Shown here piece by piece: positions 19,845 through 28,871 of a stretch of 64,000 bases of DNA. The position numbers were made by a program, and so were the translations under genes. Under the pieces are notes generated by a model. It was not told where the DNA came from, made no database searches, and was given only the letters and a program-made list of their open reading frames with translations. The stretch is from an uncultured Collinsella sp. (GTDB lineage: Bacteria > Actinomycetota > Coriobacteriia > Coriobacteriales > Coriobacteriaceae): contig CAUAJK010000004.1 of NCBI GenBank assembly GCA_958429345.1, positions 14,781 to 78,780 of the forward strand, read 5' to 3'. How positions within the stretch are numbered: the first letter of the stretch is position 1; each line of letters begins with the position of its first letter.

Positions 19845-21227
19845 TTAGCGGGCTGTCGCTTTGGCTTGGGTGGCGCGATAGGTGCGTGCCGGGTGGCAAA
19901 GTAGTACCGCCACGACCATAAAGAACGCCGTGGTGCCCAGGCTGATGGGGTAGACCATCATAATGTTCGCAAAGGTGCGGAAGTGCGGGAACACGCAGAA
20001 CACCCAATAGAAGCGGATGCCGCAGACACAGATCATGGTGATGAGGGCGGGCATGAGCGAGATACCAAAGCCGCGCAGGTAGCCTGACATGTTTTCGTAG
20101 AACATGCTAAAGGCGTACGCCGGGAAGATCGAGCACACGCGGATATAGCCGATCGAGACGATGTTGGGGTCGCTGTTGAACAGCGACAAAATCTCGCGCC
20201 CCAGGCCGACAATAACGATGATCGTGGTGAGTGCAACGATACCGCCTTCGACCAGGCAGACCTTGAGCGTTTTGGTGCAGCGGTCGATCTGGCGGGCACC
20301 GTGGTTTTGTCCCACAAAGGTGGTGCAAGCCTGGCTAAAGCTGTTGAGCAGGTTGTAACACACATACTCCAGGCTCATGGCGGCGCTCGATGCGGCCATG
20401 ACCTCGGTGCCCAGGCTGTTGATGGCAGACTGGATGATGATGTTGGCGACGGCAAAGACGGCGCTTTGGATGCCGGCGGGCAGGCCAATCTTGACGATGC
20501 GCTTGAGGGCGACGGGGTCGATGGCCAGGTCGCGTGGGGTGACGCGGACGACGGAGTCGGTCTTGAGCAGGCGGATAAAGAGCGTAGCGGCGCTGACGGT
20601 GTAGGCGATGGCGGTGGCGATGGCGACGCCCGCGACGCCCCAGTGAAGTACGGGGACAAAGATGAGGTCCAGGCCAATGTTGAGGACGGTGGACACAGCA
20701 AGCGCCTGCAGCGGCATGCGGGTGATGCCGACGGAGCGGAAGATCGCGGCCTCAAAGTTGTAGAGCAAGATCGAGGGCATGCTGAGCAAAAAGACGCGAA
20801 GGTAGAGCGAAGCGAGCGGCATGGTTTCGGCGGGAACGTTGAGTGCGGCGAGCATGGGCTCGGCAAAGATCTCGCCCAGTGCGATGACGACAAAGCCCAC
20901 GAGCGCCATTAAAATCGAGGTATGGACGGCGCGCTTGACCATGTTCTGATCGTTGCGGCCGATAGCGTTGGCGATGACCACGTTGGAGCCAAGCGATATG
21001 CCAATAAACAGGTTGAGCATAAGGCTGGTAAGCGGAACATTGGAGCCGACCGCCGCCATGGCGAGGGTTCCCTGGTCGCCCGAGAAGTTACCGATGATGA
21101 CCGTGGCGATGAGGTTCGACAGCTGCTCCAAGATGCTCGTGGCGGCCACGGGGAAGGCGAACAGGGGAATGTTACGCCACAGCGAGCCGGTGGTCATGTC
21201 AATGTGCTTAGATACGGTATCAGCCAT
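19845..21227 (-). CDS. MATE family efflux transporter
   Basis: A 460-aa, 12-TM protein with a MATE-like N-terminus (LWRNIPLFAFPVAATSILEQL). Confidence 0.8.
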   Translation of the reverse strand: MADTVSKHIDMTTGSLWRNIPLFAFPVAATSILEQLSNLIATVIIGNFSGDQGTLAMAAVGSNVPLTSLMLNLFIGISLGSNVVIANAIGRNDQNMVKRAVHTSILMALVGFVVIALGEIFAEPMLAALNVPAETMPLASLYLRVFLLSMPSILLYNFEAAIFRSVGITRMPLQALAVSTVLNIGLDLIFVPVLHWGVAGVAIATAIAYTVSAATLFIRLLKTDSVVRVTPRDLAIDPVALKRIVKIGLPAGIQSAVFAVANIIIQSAINSLGTEVMAASSAAMSLEYVCYNLLNSFSQACTTFVGQNHGARQIDRCTKTLKVCLVEGGIVALTTIIVIVGLGREILSLFNSDPNIVSIGYIRVCSIFPAYAFSMFYENMSGYLRGFGISLMPALITMICVCGIRFYWVFCVFPHFRTFANIMMVYPISLGTTAFFMVVAVLLCHPARTYRATQAKATAR

Positions 21228-21295
21228 ACGCTCTCAATCTCTAATATGCTCTTTCGTGCTTATTTGCGCAGACGATGATACTCCTAATGCAACCA

Positions 21296-21387
21296 GTCGG
21301 CACTTAGGGACGTTCCTTTTCTGCCGGCAGCTGGGGACACTCCTTATCTCTTCTAACTAGTCATTCAAGAACGTCCCCAATGACTAG
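21296..21387. repeat. Composite GGGAC-core hairpin element, inverted copy of 7605-7663, plus an adjacent 9-bp-stem hairpin
   Basis: GTCGGCACTTAGGGACGTTCCTTTTCTGCCGGCAGCTGGGGACACTCC, then CTAGTCATT-(CAAGAACGTCCCC)-AATGACTAG at 21357-21387. Confidence 0.85.
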
Positions 21388-21443
21388 GTGGGGAAGGCGT
21401 GCGACAATGGTGGGCGTTGTGTAGTCCGCGCTAAGGAGTTGCC

Positions 21444-22259
21444 ATGTTGTTGTGTCCCGTTTGCCATGAGCCGTTGGTGGACAATGAACGCGGTGCTGCA
21501 TGCGCGAGCGGACACCGGTTTGACCGTGCGCGCGAGGGCTATCTATATCTGCTGCGCTCGTCCAAGAGCGGCGACTCCATGGGCGATCCCAAGTCGCAGG
21601 CACGCAGCCGTCGTGACTTTCTGAACCGCGGCTACTATGCGCCGTTGCGCGATGCGATGGTTGAGCTGGTGCGCGAGCGGGCGTCTGAGCGTGCCGCGTC
21701 TACGAACTGCCCCATGACGCTGCTCGATATTTGCTGCGGCGAGGGCTATTACACGAGTGCCATGGGCGCGGTGCCGGGCGTGGATGCTTACGGGTTCGAC
21801 CTGGGCAAAGAGATGGTGCGCCTTGCCGCCAAGCGCGGCGATGCGACCTACTTCGTGGCCAACATGAAGGACATCCCCGTGGCCGATGGCGCCTTCGATA
21901 TGGTGACCGAGCTCTTCGCTCCCTTTAACGAGCGTGAGTTCGCCCGTGTGCTGGCGCCAGAAGGTTCGTTCTATACCGTGGTGCCGGGTGCCCGTCATCT
22001 CTTTGGGCTTAAGGAGGTGCTCTACGACACGCCGTACCTTAACGATGAAAAGCTGCCGAAGACCACCGAGCTCGAGTTGGTCGGAACGCAGCGGGTGTCT
22101 GCGAATATTACGCTTCAGACCCAGGCCGACATCGAGGCGGTGTTCCAGATGACGCCGTACTACTACCGCACGCGCCCTGCCGACAAAGAGCGTCTGGCAA
22201 ACTTGGACACGCTCCAGACCGATATCGACTTCATCATCGCCGAGTACCGCCACAGCTAA
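21444..22259 (+). CDS. rlmA: 23S rRNA (guanine-N1)-methyltransferase RlmA-like
   Basis: N-terminal Zn ribbon CPVCHEPL...CASGHRFDRAREGYLYLL and SAM motif LLDICCGEGYY. Confidence 0.8.
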   Translation: MLLCPVCHEPLVDNERGAACASGHRFDRAREGYLYLLRSSKSGDSMGDPKSQARSRRDFLNRGYYAPLRDAMVELVRERASERAASTNCPMTLLDICCGEGYYTSAMGAVPGVDAYGFDLGKEMVRLAAKRGDATYFVANMKDIPVADGAFDMVTELFAPFNEREFARVLAPEGSFYTVVPGARHLFGLKEVLYDTPYLNDEKLPKTTELELVGTQRVSANITLQTQADIEAVFQMTPYYYRTRPADKERLANLDTLQTDIDFIIAEYRHS

Positions 22260-22261
22260 CA

Positions 22262-22296
22262 ACCTGCCAAAAAAGGGACAGGTTTATTTTGGTAGG
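22262..22296. repeat. GGGACAG-loop hairpin, near-identical to 43335-43370
   Basis: ACCTGCCAAAAAAGGGACAGGTTTATTTTGGTAGGT. The copy at 43335-43370 differs by a 1-nt A-run length and 2 substitutions. Confidence 0.85.
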
Positions 22297-22317
22297 TTTT
22301 ATCTAGGCAAACGTAAA

Positions 22318-22352
22318 GGGCCGACCGCGGAGATGCGCGATCGGCCCTTTTT
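22318..22352 (+). terminator. Rho-independent terminator of rlmA
   Basis: GGGCCGA...TCGGCCC stem followed by TTTTT. Confidence 0.7.
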
Positions 22353-22388
22353 AGCTGCTTGATGGCAGAGGCTATGGGAGACAGGTGC

Positions 22389-22790
22389 CTACAGGCGGTC
22401 CTTGTTTTCGGCCTTAACGGCGTGTGCCTGCTGAACAAAGAACAGGTCGTACACCACGATGACAAAGGCGCCATAGTTGATGGCGTCGCCGCCAAACGCG
22501 GGAAGCGTGAGCACGGCCTGCGCAATCGTGGCGATTGCAGCGACGATGCCGAGCTTAAACGCGCCATCCACCTGCGAAGGCTTGTTGGCGCCCTTGATAC
22601 CCGCGACACCTGCGGCAAGATCGACGAGGCCCTTGGCGATAATCACGACCGCGGCGAGCATGGCATTCGATCCGTAGGTGGACTCGAACTTGCCGGTCGC
22701 GATGCCGGCGATTCCAATGACGAGGCTGGCGATGCCCAGAACAAAATAAATCAGGGCAAGGATTTTGAGAGTCTTGCGAGTGAAGCTCAT
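22389..22790 (-). CDS. Hypothetical four-TM membrane protein
   Basis: MSFTRKTLKILALIYFVLGIASLVIGIAGIATG... has four hydrophobic helices. No recognisable family. Confidence 0.6.
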   Translation of the reverse strand: MSFTRKTLKILALIYFVLGIASLVIGIAGIATGKFESTYGSNAMLAAVVIIAKGLVDLAAGVAGIKGANKPSQVDGAFKLGIVAAIATIAQAVLTLPAFGGDAINYGAFVIVVYDLFFVQQAHAVKAENKDRL

Positions 22791-23017
22791 GGCTGGTCCT
22801 TTCGATACGAGTACGCCAACTTGGCGCACCCAATGTGCTGCACATATGGTGAAGCACATTGTAGTTCAACGGGGCGAAGCATGCGTTTGAAAGCGTCTCT
22901 TGCCTGTACGGTCCAACCTTTCAAAAAGGAAAGCTGGACGTAAGCCAAATCGATGGCAGCGTATGCGCGGCGCTGCGATGATGGGGCCATGGTAAGAGCT
23001 GGACCGAAGGAGAAGCC

Positions 23018-23161
23018 ATGATGTACGGAGCAGGGCAAGTGCGTGAGCCGCGGTCGTTGGGAAGGCGCATGGGTGATTCTGTGATCGCCGCCGTATGCAC
23101 GGGATTGATGGCGGTGCTTTGCATTGGGATGCTGTGGGCCATGTCGCATGTGGGACAATAG
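23018..23161 (+). CDS. Candidate 47-aa small membrane protein
   Basis: Strong RBS AAGGAGAAGCC precedes the ATG. The product MMYGAGQVREPRSLGRRMGDSVIAAVCTGLMAVLCIGMLWAMSHVGQ has one TM helix. It falls below the ORF-track cutoff. Confidence 0.35.
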   Translation: MMYGAGQVREPRSLGRRMGDSVIAAVCTGLMAVLCIGMLWAMSHVGQ

Positions 23162-23224
23162 CGGACGGTTGGGTGCTGGCATAAACGGCACTCGCGTATT
23201 CGTTTTGCTTGCTAAGGAGTGTCC

Positions 23225-23929
23225 ATGGGCGTCGTCGATCCCTTTTCTGTTGCTCGGGCCGCGGGGCTTGAGCTGGCCGGGAAGTCCGAGGGACTCACGC
23301 TCACCGACGGCACGATGGAGCTGCGCGCCGATTTCACCCGCATGCATCCGCGGCTCAAGCAGGGCCGTTTGCAGCAAGAGCTGTTGGTAAAGGCTGCGCG
23401 CGCAAAAGGCATCGAGCGCCCATGGGCGATTGATGCCACGGCAGGCTTTGGCGAGGATTCGCTGCTGTTGGCGGTCGCGGGCTTTACCGTCGATCTGTAT
23501 GAGCAGGATTGCGTGATCGCGGCACTCCTCAAGGATGCTTTGGATCGCGCGGCAGATGATCCGGCGCTTGCGACAGCCGTGGCGCGCATGCGCTTACATG
23601 CGGGCGAGGACAGTATTACCGGCCTTCGCCATACAGCTGAGCTGATCGGGCAGGGCGAGCTCGCGGCTCCCGACGTGGTGTATCTGGACCCCATGTTTCC
23701 CGAGCGTACTAAAAGTGCGGCGGTCAAAAAGAAGTTCCAGCTCCTACATCATCTGGAACAGCCGTGCGCCGATGAGGAGACGCTGGTCGAAGCTGCGCTT
23801 GCGGTGCATCCGCGCAAGGTGGTTATCAAGCGACCGGTGAAGGGGCCACTGCTTGCCGGCGTTAAGCCGAGCTATCAACTTGCGGGCAAGGCCGTTCGTT
23901 ACGATGTTTTGGTGCCGCCGCGCCCGTAG
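23225..23929 (+). CDS. rsmJ: 16S rRNA (guanine1516-N2)-methyltransferase RsmJ-like SAM methyltransferase
   Basis: IDATAGFGEDSLLLAVAGF and VVYLDPMFPER...KKKFQLL motifs. RBS AAGGAG lies 5 nt before the ATG. Confidence 0.8.
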   Translation: MGVVDPFSVARAAGLELAGKSEGLTLTDGTMELRADFTRMHPRLKQGRLQQELLVKAARAKGIERPWAIDATAGFGEDSLLLAVAGFTVDLYEQDCVIAALLKDALDRAADDPALATAVARMRLHAGEDSITGLRHTAELIGQGELAAPDVVYLDPMFPERTKSAAVKKKFQLLHHLEQPCADEETLVEAALAVHPRKVVIKRPVKGPLLAGVKPSYQLAGKAVRYDVLVPPRP

Positions 23930-23977
23930 CTTGCGCGCGATAGCTGGCGCTCCGTCAGTGCCGTGCCGAAGCGGCGC

Positions 23978-24274
23978 CTATTTCCAAGGGTGCGACGTCA
24001 GGTGCCATCCGCCGCAGTATTCGCATTTGTAGCAGGCCAAACCACGCCGCCCGCGGTTTTCGCATTCGGCCATAACGGCCTCGGCCTCGGCGCGCGTGTC
24101 GTAACGGTTTTTGCGTTCGCACGACTTGTAGCGCCAGGCCTCATCGCGCTCGGCGTCCAGGGCGTCGCGGCGCTCGTCCTCGCGTGCAAACAGGTCGCTC
24201 ATATCGCCGCCGGTAGCAGCGCCCAAAAACTCGCTTTTGGCCTTTGACCAGGCGGATCGTTTTTTGCTCCCCAT
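23978..24274 (-). CDS. Hypothetical small protein with C-terminal CxxC zinc-ribbon-like tail
   Basis: ...RYDTRAEAEAVMAECENRGRRGLACYKCEYCGGWHLTSHPWK. Start chosen at MGSKKRS (GGAGAGGG upstream). Confidence 0.5.
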   Translation of the reverse strand: MGSKKRSAWSKAKSEFLGAATGGDMSDLFAREDERRDALDAERDEAWRYKSCERKNRYDTRAEAEAVMAECENRGRRGLACYKCEYCGGWHLTSHPWK

Positions 24275-24350
24275 CTGCTTCGCGCCCTCTCCAAACGTTG
24301 GTATCATTGCTCAATCAAAGTGATACCAATAAACGTGAGGTCGCCGCGTG

Positions 24351-24839
24351 ATGATCAGAAAAACCCTCGATACCGACATTCCCGCCGTCATGGCTATCTA
24401 CGACGCTGCCCGCGCCTTTATGCGCGCGCATGGCAACGCCACGCAATGGCCCGAGGGCACGCCTTCGGCCGAGCAGCTGGCTGCCGATATCGCCGCCGGT
24501 GGCAGCTATGTGTGCGAAGTCGACGGCCGCGTGGTGGCGACGTTTGCCTTTTTACCGGGCCCGGACGAGTGCTATGACGTAATTGAGGACGGGCAATGGC
24601 GTAGCGACACTCCATACGCCGTGCTGCACCGTGTGGCGTCCGATGGCACCGTGCACGGTATCGCGGCTGCGATGTTTGCCTTTGCCAAGGAGCGCGCCGA
24701 CCACCTGCGCATCGATACGCATCAGGACAACCTGCCCATGCAGGGTGCCATCATAAAGGCCGGCTTTGAGCGCGCTGGTATCGTCTATGTGTCCGACGGC
24801 ACGGCGCGTGTCGCGTTCGATTGGCTGCGCGAGGCGTAA
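24351..24839 (+). CDS. GNAT family N-acetyltransferase
   Basis: About 160 aa with a GNAT-like core (HRVASDGTVHGIAAAMFAFAKE...RIDTHQDNLPMQ). Confidence 0.75.
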   Translation: MIRKTLDTDIPAVMAIYDAARAFMRAHGNATQWPEGTPSAEQLAADIAAGGSYVCEVDGRVVATFAFLPGPDECYDVIEDGQWRSDTPYAVLHRVASDGTVHGIAAAMFAFAKERADHLRIDTHQDNLPMQGAIIKAGFERAGIVYVSDGTARVAFDWLREA

Positions 24840-24959
24840 AAGCTGGGCCTTACGGCAACAATTCACTCGAACGACAAATGGCCCCAAACGGGGCCAAATT
24901 TAGTTGATTGCGGCGCCTGGGGTGCTTGCCGTGTGGTTGATAATGCTGCGCCTACGCGA

Positions 24960-25385
24960 CTATTCCCTGGGCAGCTCGCTTCCGCAGTGGCAACACTTGG
25001 TCGCGCCTTCGTGCACCTCTTCCAGACAATACGGGCAGACGGGCGCCGGTGCGGCTTCCTCGGTGGTGGCACCGGCGAGCCTGTCGCCAATCTCCTGCGC
25101 CTTGTTGAAGGCCTTGACGATGGCAAAGACGATAGCAGCGACAATTAAAAAGTTGATGCACGCGCCAATGAACGCTCCAAAGTCGATATTGGTTCCCGGC
25201 ACCACCAGCCCCGAGATCTCGGTGGCGCTGCCGCCGGCAATCACGGAGATAAGCGGGTTGATGATGTTGTCGGTAAGCGAGGTCACGATGGCAGTGAATG
25301 CGCCGCCGATAATCACGCCGACGGCCATGTCTATCACGCTGCCGCGATTAATGAATTCCTTGAACTCGTTGAGCAATGCCTTCAT
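24960..25385 (-). CDS. mscL: Large-conductance mechanosensitive channel with C-terminal zinc-ribbon extension
   Basis: MKALLNEFKEFINRGSVIDMAVGVIIGGAFTAIVTSL is the canonical MscL N-terminus. The tail reads CPYCLEEVHEGATKCCHCGSEL. Confidence 0.9.
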   Translation of the reverse strand: MKALLNEFKEFINRGSVIDMAVGVIIGGAFTAIVTSLTDNIINPLISVIAGGSATEISGLVVPGTNIDFGAFIGACINFLIVAAIVFAIVKAFNKAQEIGDRLAGATTEEAAPAPVCPYCLEEVHEGATKCCHCGSELPRE

Positions 25386-25630
25386 GGTGGCTCCTCGCTG
25401 TTGTGAGGCTCGCGTTGTTACTGTCCCAGATGAACCAGGGCAGACAAAAAGGGGAGGTGCCGGCTTTCGCAAGGCGCGAACCTACGAAAATCGCCGCGCG
25501 GCAACGCGGAGCGATGAGCTCGGTCGGGGGATAGGGCCCGCTTCGCCCGCCGGCCCGTAAATTGTATCATCCAGTGTGGAGCGTGAACGCCCGTTGCCGC
25601 GTGCGATGGGCTTGTAATAAGAGGAGGGCC

Positions 25631-27634
25631 ATGTCGAAGCAAGCGGTCGTTGGAATCTTGGCGCATGTCGATGCCGGCAAGACCACGTTGGCCGAGGCCA
25701 TGCTGTTTAACGTGGGTCGCATTCGCAAGCGCGGCCGCGTGGACGATGGCGATTCGCATCTGGATACGAACGAGATCGAGCGCGAGCGTGGCATCACGAT
25801 TTTCTCGTCGCAGGCCGTGTTCGACCACGGTGATACCCATGTCATGCTCGTGGATGCACCGGGGCATGTCGATTTTTCTGCCGAGGCGGAGCGCACGCTG
25901 CGCGCACTCGACTATGCGATTTTGGTTGTGGGCGCCAACGACGGCGTGCAGGGGCACACTGAAACCCTGTGGCGCCTGCTTGCACGCTATGACATTCCGG
26001 CGTTCATCTATATCAACAAAATCGATTTGGAGAATCCTGGTCGCGATGTTTTGCTGGCACAACTTGGGCAACGTCTTTCTGAGGGGTGCCTGGATGCCAA
26101 CGAACTGCTGGCGGGTGGCGCCGTTCAGGAGGACGCTGCTGCGTTGGACGAAGCGGCGCTCGAGGAGTTTCTCGAGACGGGTGAGCTTTCCGTCGCGACG
26201 CTGTCGCGCATGGTTGCCGAGCGCAAACTCTTTCCCTGCTTTGCCGGCTCGGCGCTCAAGGACCAAGGCGTGGACGAGCTGTTGGATGGTATATGCGCGC
26301 TGATGCGCGAACAGGCATGGCGCCCGGAGTTTGCCGCGCGCGTCTACCGCGTGAGCCGCGGAAATCGCGGCGAGCGCTTGGCATGGGTTAAAGTGACCGG
26401 CGGCACGCTGCATGCCAAGCAGATGATTGACGGACGTTCCGGTGCCGAGGCGTGGGAACAGAAGGTCGATCAGGTACGCATCTATAACGGCGAAAAGTAT
26501 GAGCTTGCCCAAGAAGTTGCTGCTGGCGGTATTTGTGCCGTGACGGGTCTTGCGCACGTTCGCCCAGGGGACGCCCTGGGCGCGGAGCCTGCGGGCGATG
26601 CGCCCGTCATTGCGCCGGTCCTTACCTATACGGTGCTTCCGGGCGAACATGATGTCCATACGGTGTTCAAAGCATTGACTGAGCTGGCGGACGAAGATCC
26701 CATGCTCGGCGTAAGCTGGAATACGCATCTGGAGCAGATTCACCTGCAGTTGATGGGCGCCGTGCAACTCGAGATCGTGCAGCGGGTGTTGGCCGATCGT
26801 TTTGGCCTTTCGGTTGCGTTTGAGTCTGGCGGCATTCTCTATAAGGAGACTATTTCGCAGCCGGTCGAGGGCGTGGGCCACTTTGAGCCACTGCGCCACT
26901 ATGCCGAGGTGCATCTGCGCCTGGAGCCGTTGCCGGCGGGCTCGGGCGTACAGTTTGGCACCGTGACCTCGACCGACGAGCTCGATCTTAACTGGCAGCG
27001 TCTGGCGCTCACCAACGCCATGGAGCGCGATCATCTGGGCGCGCTGACCGGCTCGCCCATCACCGATGTGCGCATTACGCTCACGGGTGGCCGCGCGCAT
27101 GCCAAACACACCGAGGGCGGCGATTTTCGCCAGGCCACGTACCGCGCGATTCGCCAGGGGCTCATGCAGGCGCGTGAGGCCGGCGCGGCGGTGCTGTTGG
27201 AGCCGTGGTATCGCTTTGAGCTCGAGGTGCCGGGGGAGTGCGTGGGCCGGGCGCTCTCGGATGCCACGCGCATGGGTGCCGAGTACGAGCCGCCGACGAT
27301 GGCGGGAGACCGGGCGAAGCTTGTGGGTCGCGTGCCGGCATCTGAGGTGCAGGATTACGCGCTGGAGGTGGCTGCCTACACGAGTGGTCGTGGGCATCTG
27401 TACCTGGAGTTCGCCGGCTATGCGCCTTGCCATGATGCCGAGTGCGTAATCGAGACGGCCGCCTATGAGCCCGAGGCCGATCTGCCCAACACGCCCGACT
27501 CGGTCTTTTGCTCTCACGGCGCCGGTTACACGGTCAAATGGTACGACGTGCCCGCCGCGGCGCACGTAAAGATCGATCCCGCCACCTTCCGCCCCTGGCG
27601 AGCAGCAGACGCCGAGTTTTTCGGGCACATGTGA
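25631..27634 (+). CDS. Tet(M)/EF-G-like translational GTPase (ribosomal-protection-type family)
   Basis: G1 AHVDAGKTT, G3 DAPGH and G4 NKID motifs. 667 aa with an EF-G-like domain order. RBS GAGGAGGG. The TGA stop lies inside palindrome 27628-27660. Confidence 0.8.
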   Translation: MSKQAVVGILAHVDAGKTTLAEAMLFNVGRIRKRGRVDDGDSHLDTNEIERERGITIFSSQAVFDHGDTHVMLVDAPGHVDFSAEAERTLRALDYAILVVGANDGVQGHTETLWRLLARYDIPAFIYINKIDLENPGRDVLLAQLGQRLSEGCLDANELLAGGAVQEDAAALDEAALEEFLETGELSVATLSRMVAERKLFPCFAGSALKDQGVDELLDGICALMREQAWRPEFAARVYRVSRGNRGERLAWVKVTGGTLHAKQMIDGRSGAEAWEQKVDQVRIYNGEKYELAQEVAAGGICAVTGLAHVRPGDALGAEPAGDAPVIAPVLTYTVLPGEHDVHTVFKALTELADEDPMLGVSWNTHLEQIHLQLMGAVQLEIVQRVLADRFGLSVAFESGGILYKETISQPVEGVGHFEPLRHYAEVHLRLEPLPAGSGVQFGTVTSTDELDLNWQRLALTNAMERDHLGALTGSPITDVRITLTGGRAHAKHTEGGDFRQATYRAIRQGLMQAREAGAAVLLEPWYRFELEVPGECVGRALSDATRMGAEYEPPTMAGDRAKLVGRVPASEVQDYALEVAAYTSGRGHLYLEFAGYAPCHDAECVIETAAYEPEADLPNTPDSVFCSHGAGYTVKWYDVPAAAHVKIDPATFRPWRAADAEFFGHM

Positions 27635-27660
27635 CAAAGGGACAGTTCCTTTGTCACATG
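27628..27660. repeat. Perfect 13-bp-stem palindrome CATGTGACAAAGG-GACAGTT-CCTTTGTCACATG
   Basis: Read directly. It contains the ATG-TGA end of the GTPase gene. Twin copy at 32611-32645. Confidence 0.95.
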
Positions 27661-27727
27661 CTATTGGTATAACTCGGTACAAGTTGGTATAACTATTACC
27701 AGGGTTTGCCAATCCGAGGAGGCCGAC

Positions 27728-28846
27728 ATGAATCCAAATCCCTTTAAGCCCACGGCCGGCAAGCGGCCTCCGATACTCATCGGCCGCGAGTCGGTCATCG
27801 AAGATTTCGAGGAAGGGCTCGATAACGGCGCCGGAGCGCCGGGTAGGCTCATGCTCATTACGGGAAACCGCGGCTGTGGCAAGACGGTTCTCCTGCGGGA
27901 GCTGCAACGTCTAGCCAATGAGCGCGGATGGGCGGTTGTCTCCGATTCCGCTTCGCTTGGCTTATGCGACCGATTGGCCGACGCGCTTCGCTCGAATAAA
28001 CCCGTTGTGACGTCAATGGAGTTCGGTCCGTCGTTTGGCCGGATGTCAGTCGAGGCGGCGCGAGCAAAGGGCGAAACGTTGCGAGGGCTGGTCAACGAGC
28101 GCCTCAAGAAGCTCGGTCCAGGCAAGGGCATACTGTTTGCGATTGACGAGGCGCAATCTGCGTCTATCGAGGAACTGGCGGCTCTTGCCGTTCTCTATCA
28201 GCAGGTGCTCGGAGACCAGGATGCCACGGGCTTGTCCGATAGCGACCAGCGCGGTCTTGCGCTGGTCTTCGCCGGCTTACCCAGTATGGTTGACGATCTG
28301 CTTGAAGAGCCGAGCGTGACGTTTTTGCGGCGTGCCCAGCAGCGTACGTTGGGGGCGATCTCTTTGCCCAAGGTACGCGATTCGTATATCCAGACGGTCA
28401 AAGACGCTGGTCTTTACGTTGACGCGGAGACGGCGGACCTTGCGGCACGCAAGAGCATGGGGCATCCATATATGGTTCAGCTGGTGGGCTATTACATGTG
28501 GCGGTCTGCTGTTCGACGCGGCTCGCAGGTCATCGAAAGGCGCGATGTCGAGGATGGCCATGCGGATGCCGTCTCCGAGTTCTACGAAGCGGTTGACGCG
28601 CCCCTGTATTACGGGCTGCGCAGTCCACAGCGCCTTTTTATCGAGGCTATGGCGGTTGACGAGAACAAACCGACGCGCATGGCGGATATCATTGAGCGTT
28701 GTGATCGTACCCAGAGCTGGGCGAGTAAATATCGCGCAAGCCTGATTCGCGAGCGCGTCATCGAGGCTGCCGGATACGGCCTCGTCCGGTTTACCGTGCC
28801 CATGCTGGGCGCGTACGTTCGCGATCGAGTTTTATGGCATGAGTAG
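27728..28846 (+). CDS. AAA/P-loop NTPase with C-terminal wHTH (Arch_ATPase/ORC-like family), function unknown
   Basis: Walker A GNRGCGKT, Walker B ILFAIDEAQ, a conserved VTFLRRAQQ block and a C-terminal wHTH-like region. Paralog of 31393-32493. Confidence 0.75.
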   Translation: MNPNPFKPTAGKRPPILIGRESVIEDFEEGLDNGAGAPGRLMLITGNRGCGKTVLLRELQRLANERGWAVVSDSASLGLCDRLADALRSNKPVVTSMEFGPSFGRMSVEAARAKGETLRGLVNERLKKLGPGKGILFAIDEAQSASIEELAALAVLYQQVLGDQDATGLSDSDQRGLALVFAGLPSMVDDLLEEPSVTFLRRAQQRTLGAISLPKVRDSYIQTVKDAGLYVDAETADLAARKSMGHPYMVQLVGYYMWRSAVRRGSQVIERRDVEDGHADAVSEFYEAVDAPLYYGLRSPQRLFIEAMAVDENKPTRMADIIERCDRTQSWASKYRASLIRERVIEAAGYGLVRFTVPMLGAYVRDRVLWHE

Positions 28847-28871
28847 GGTGATAAAGGTGACGGAACAGAAG

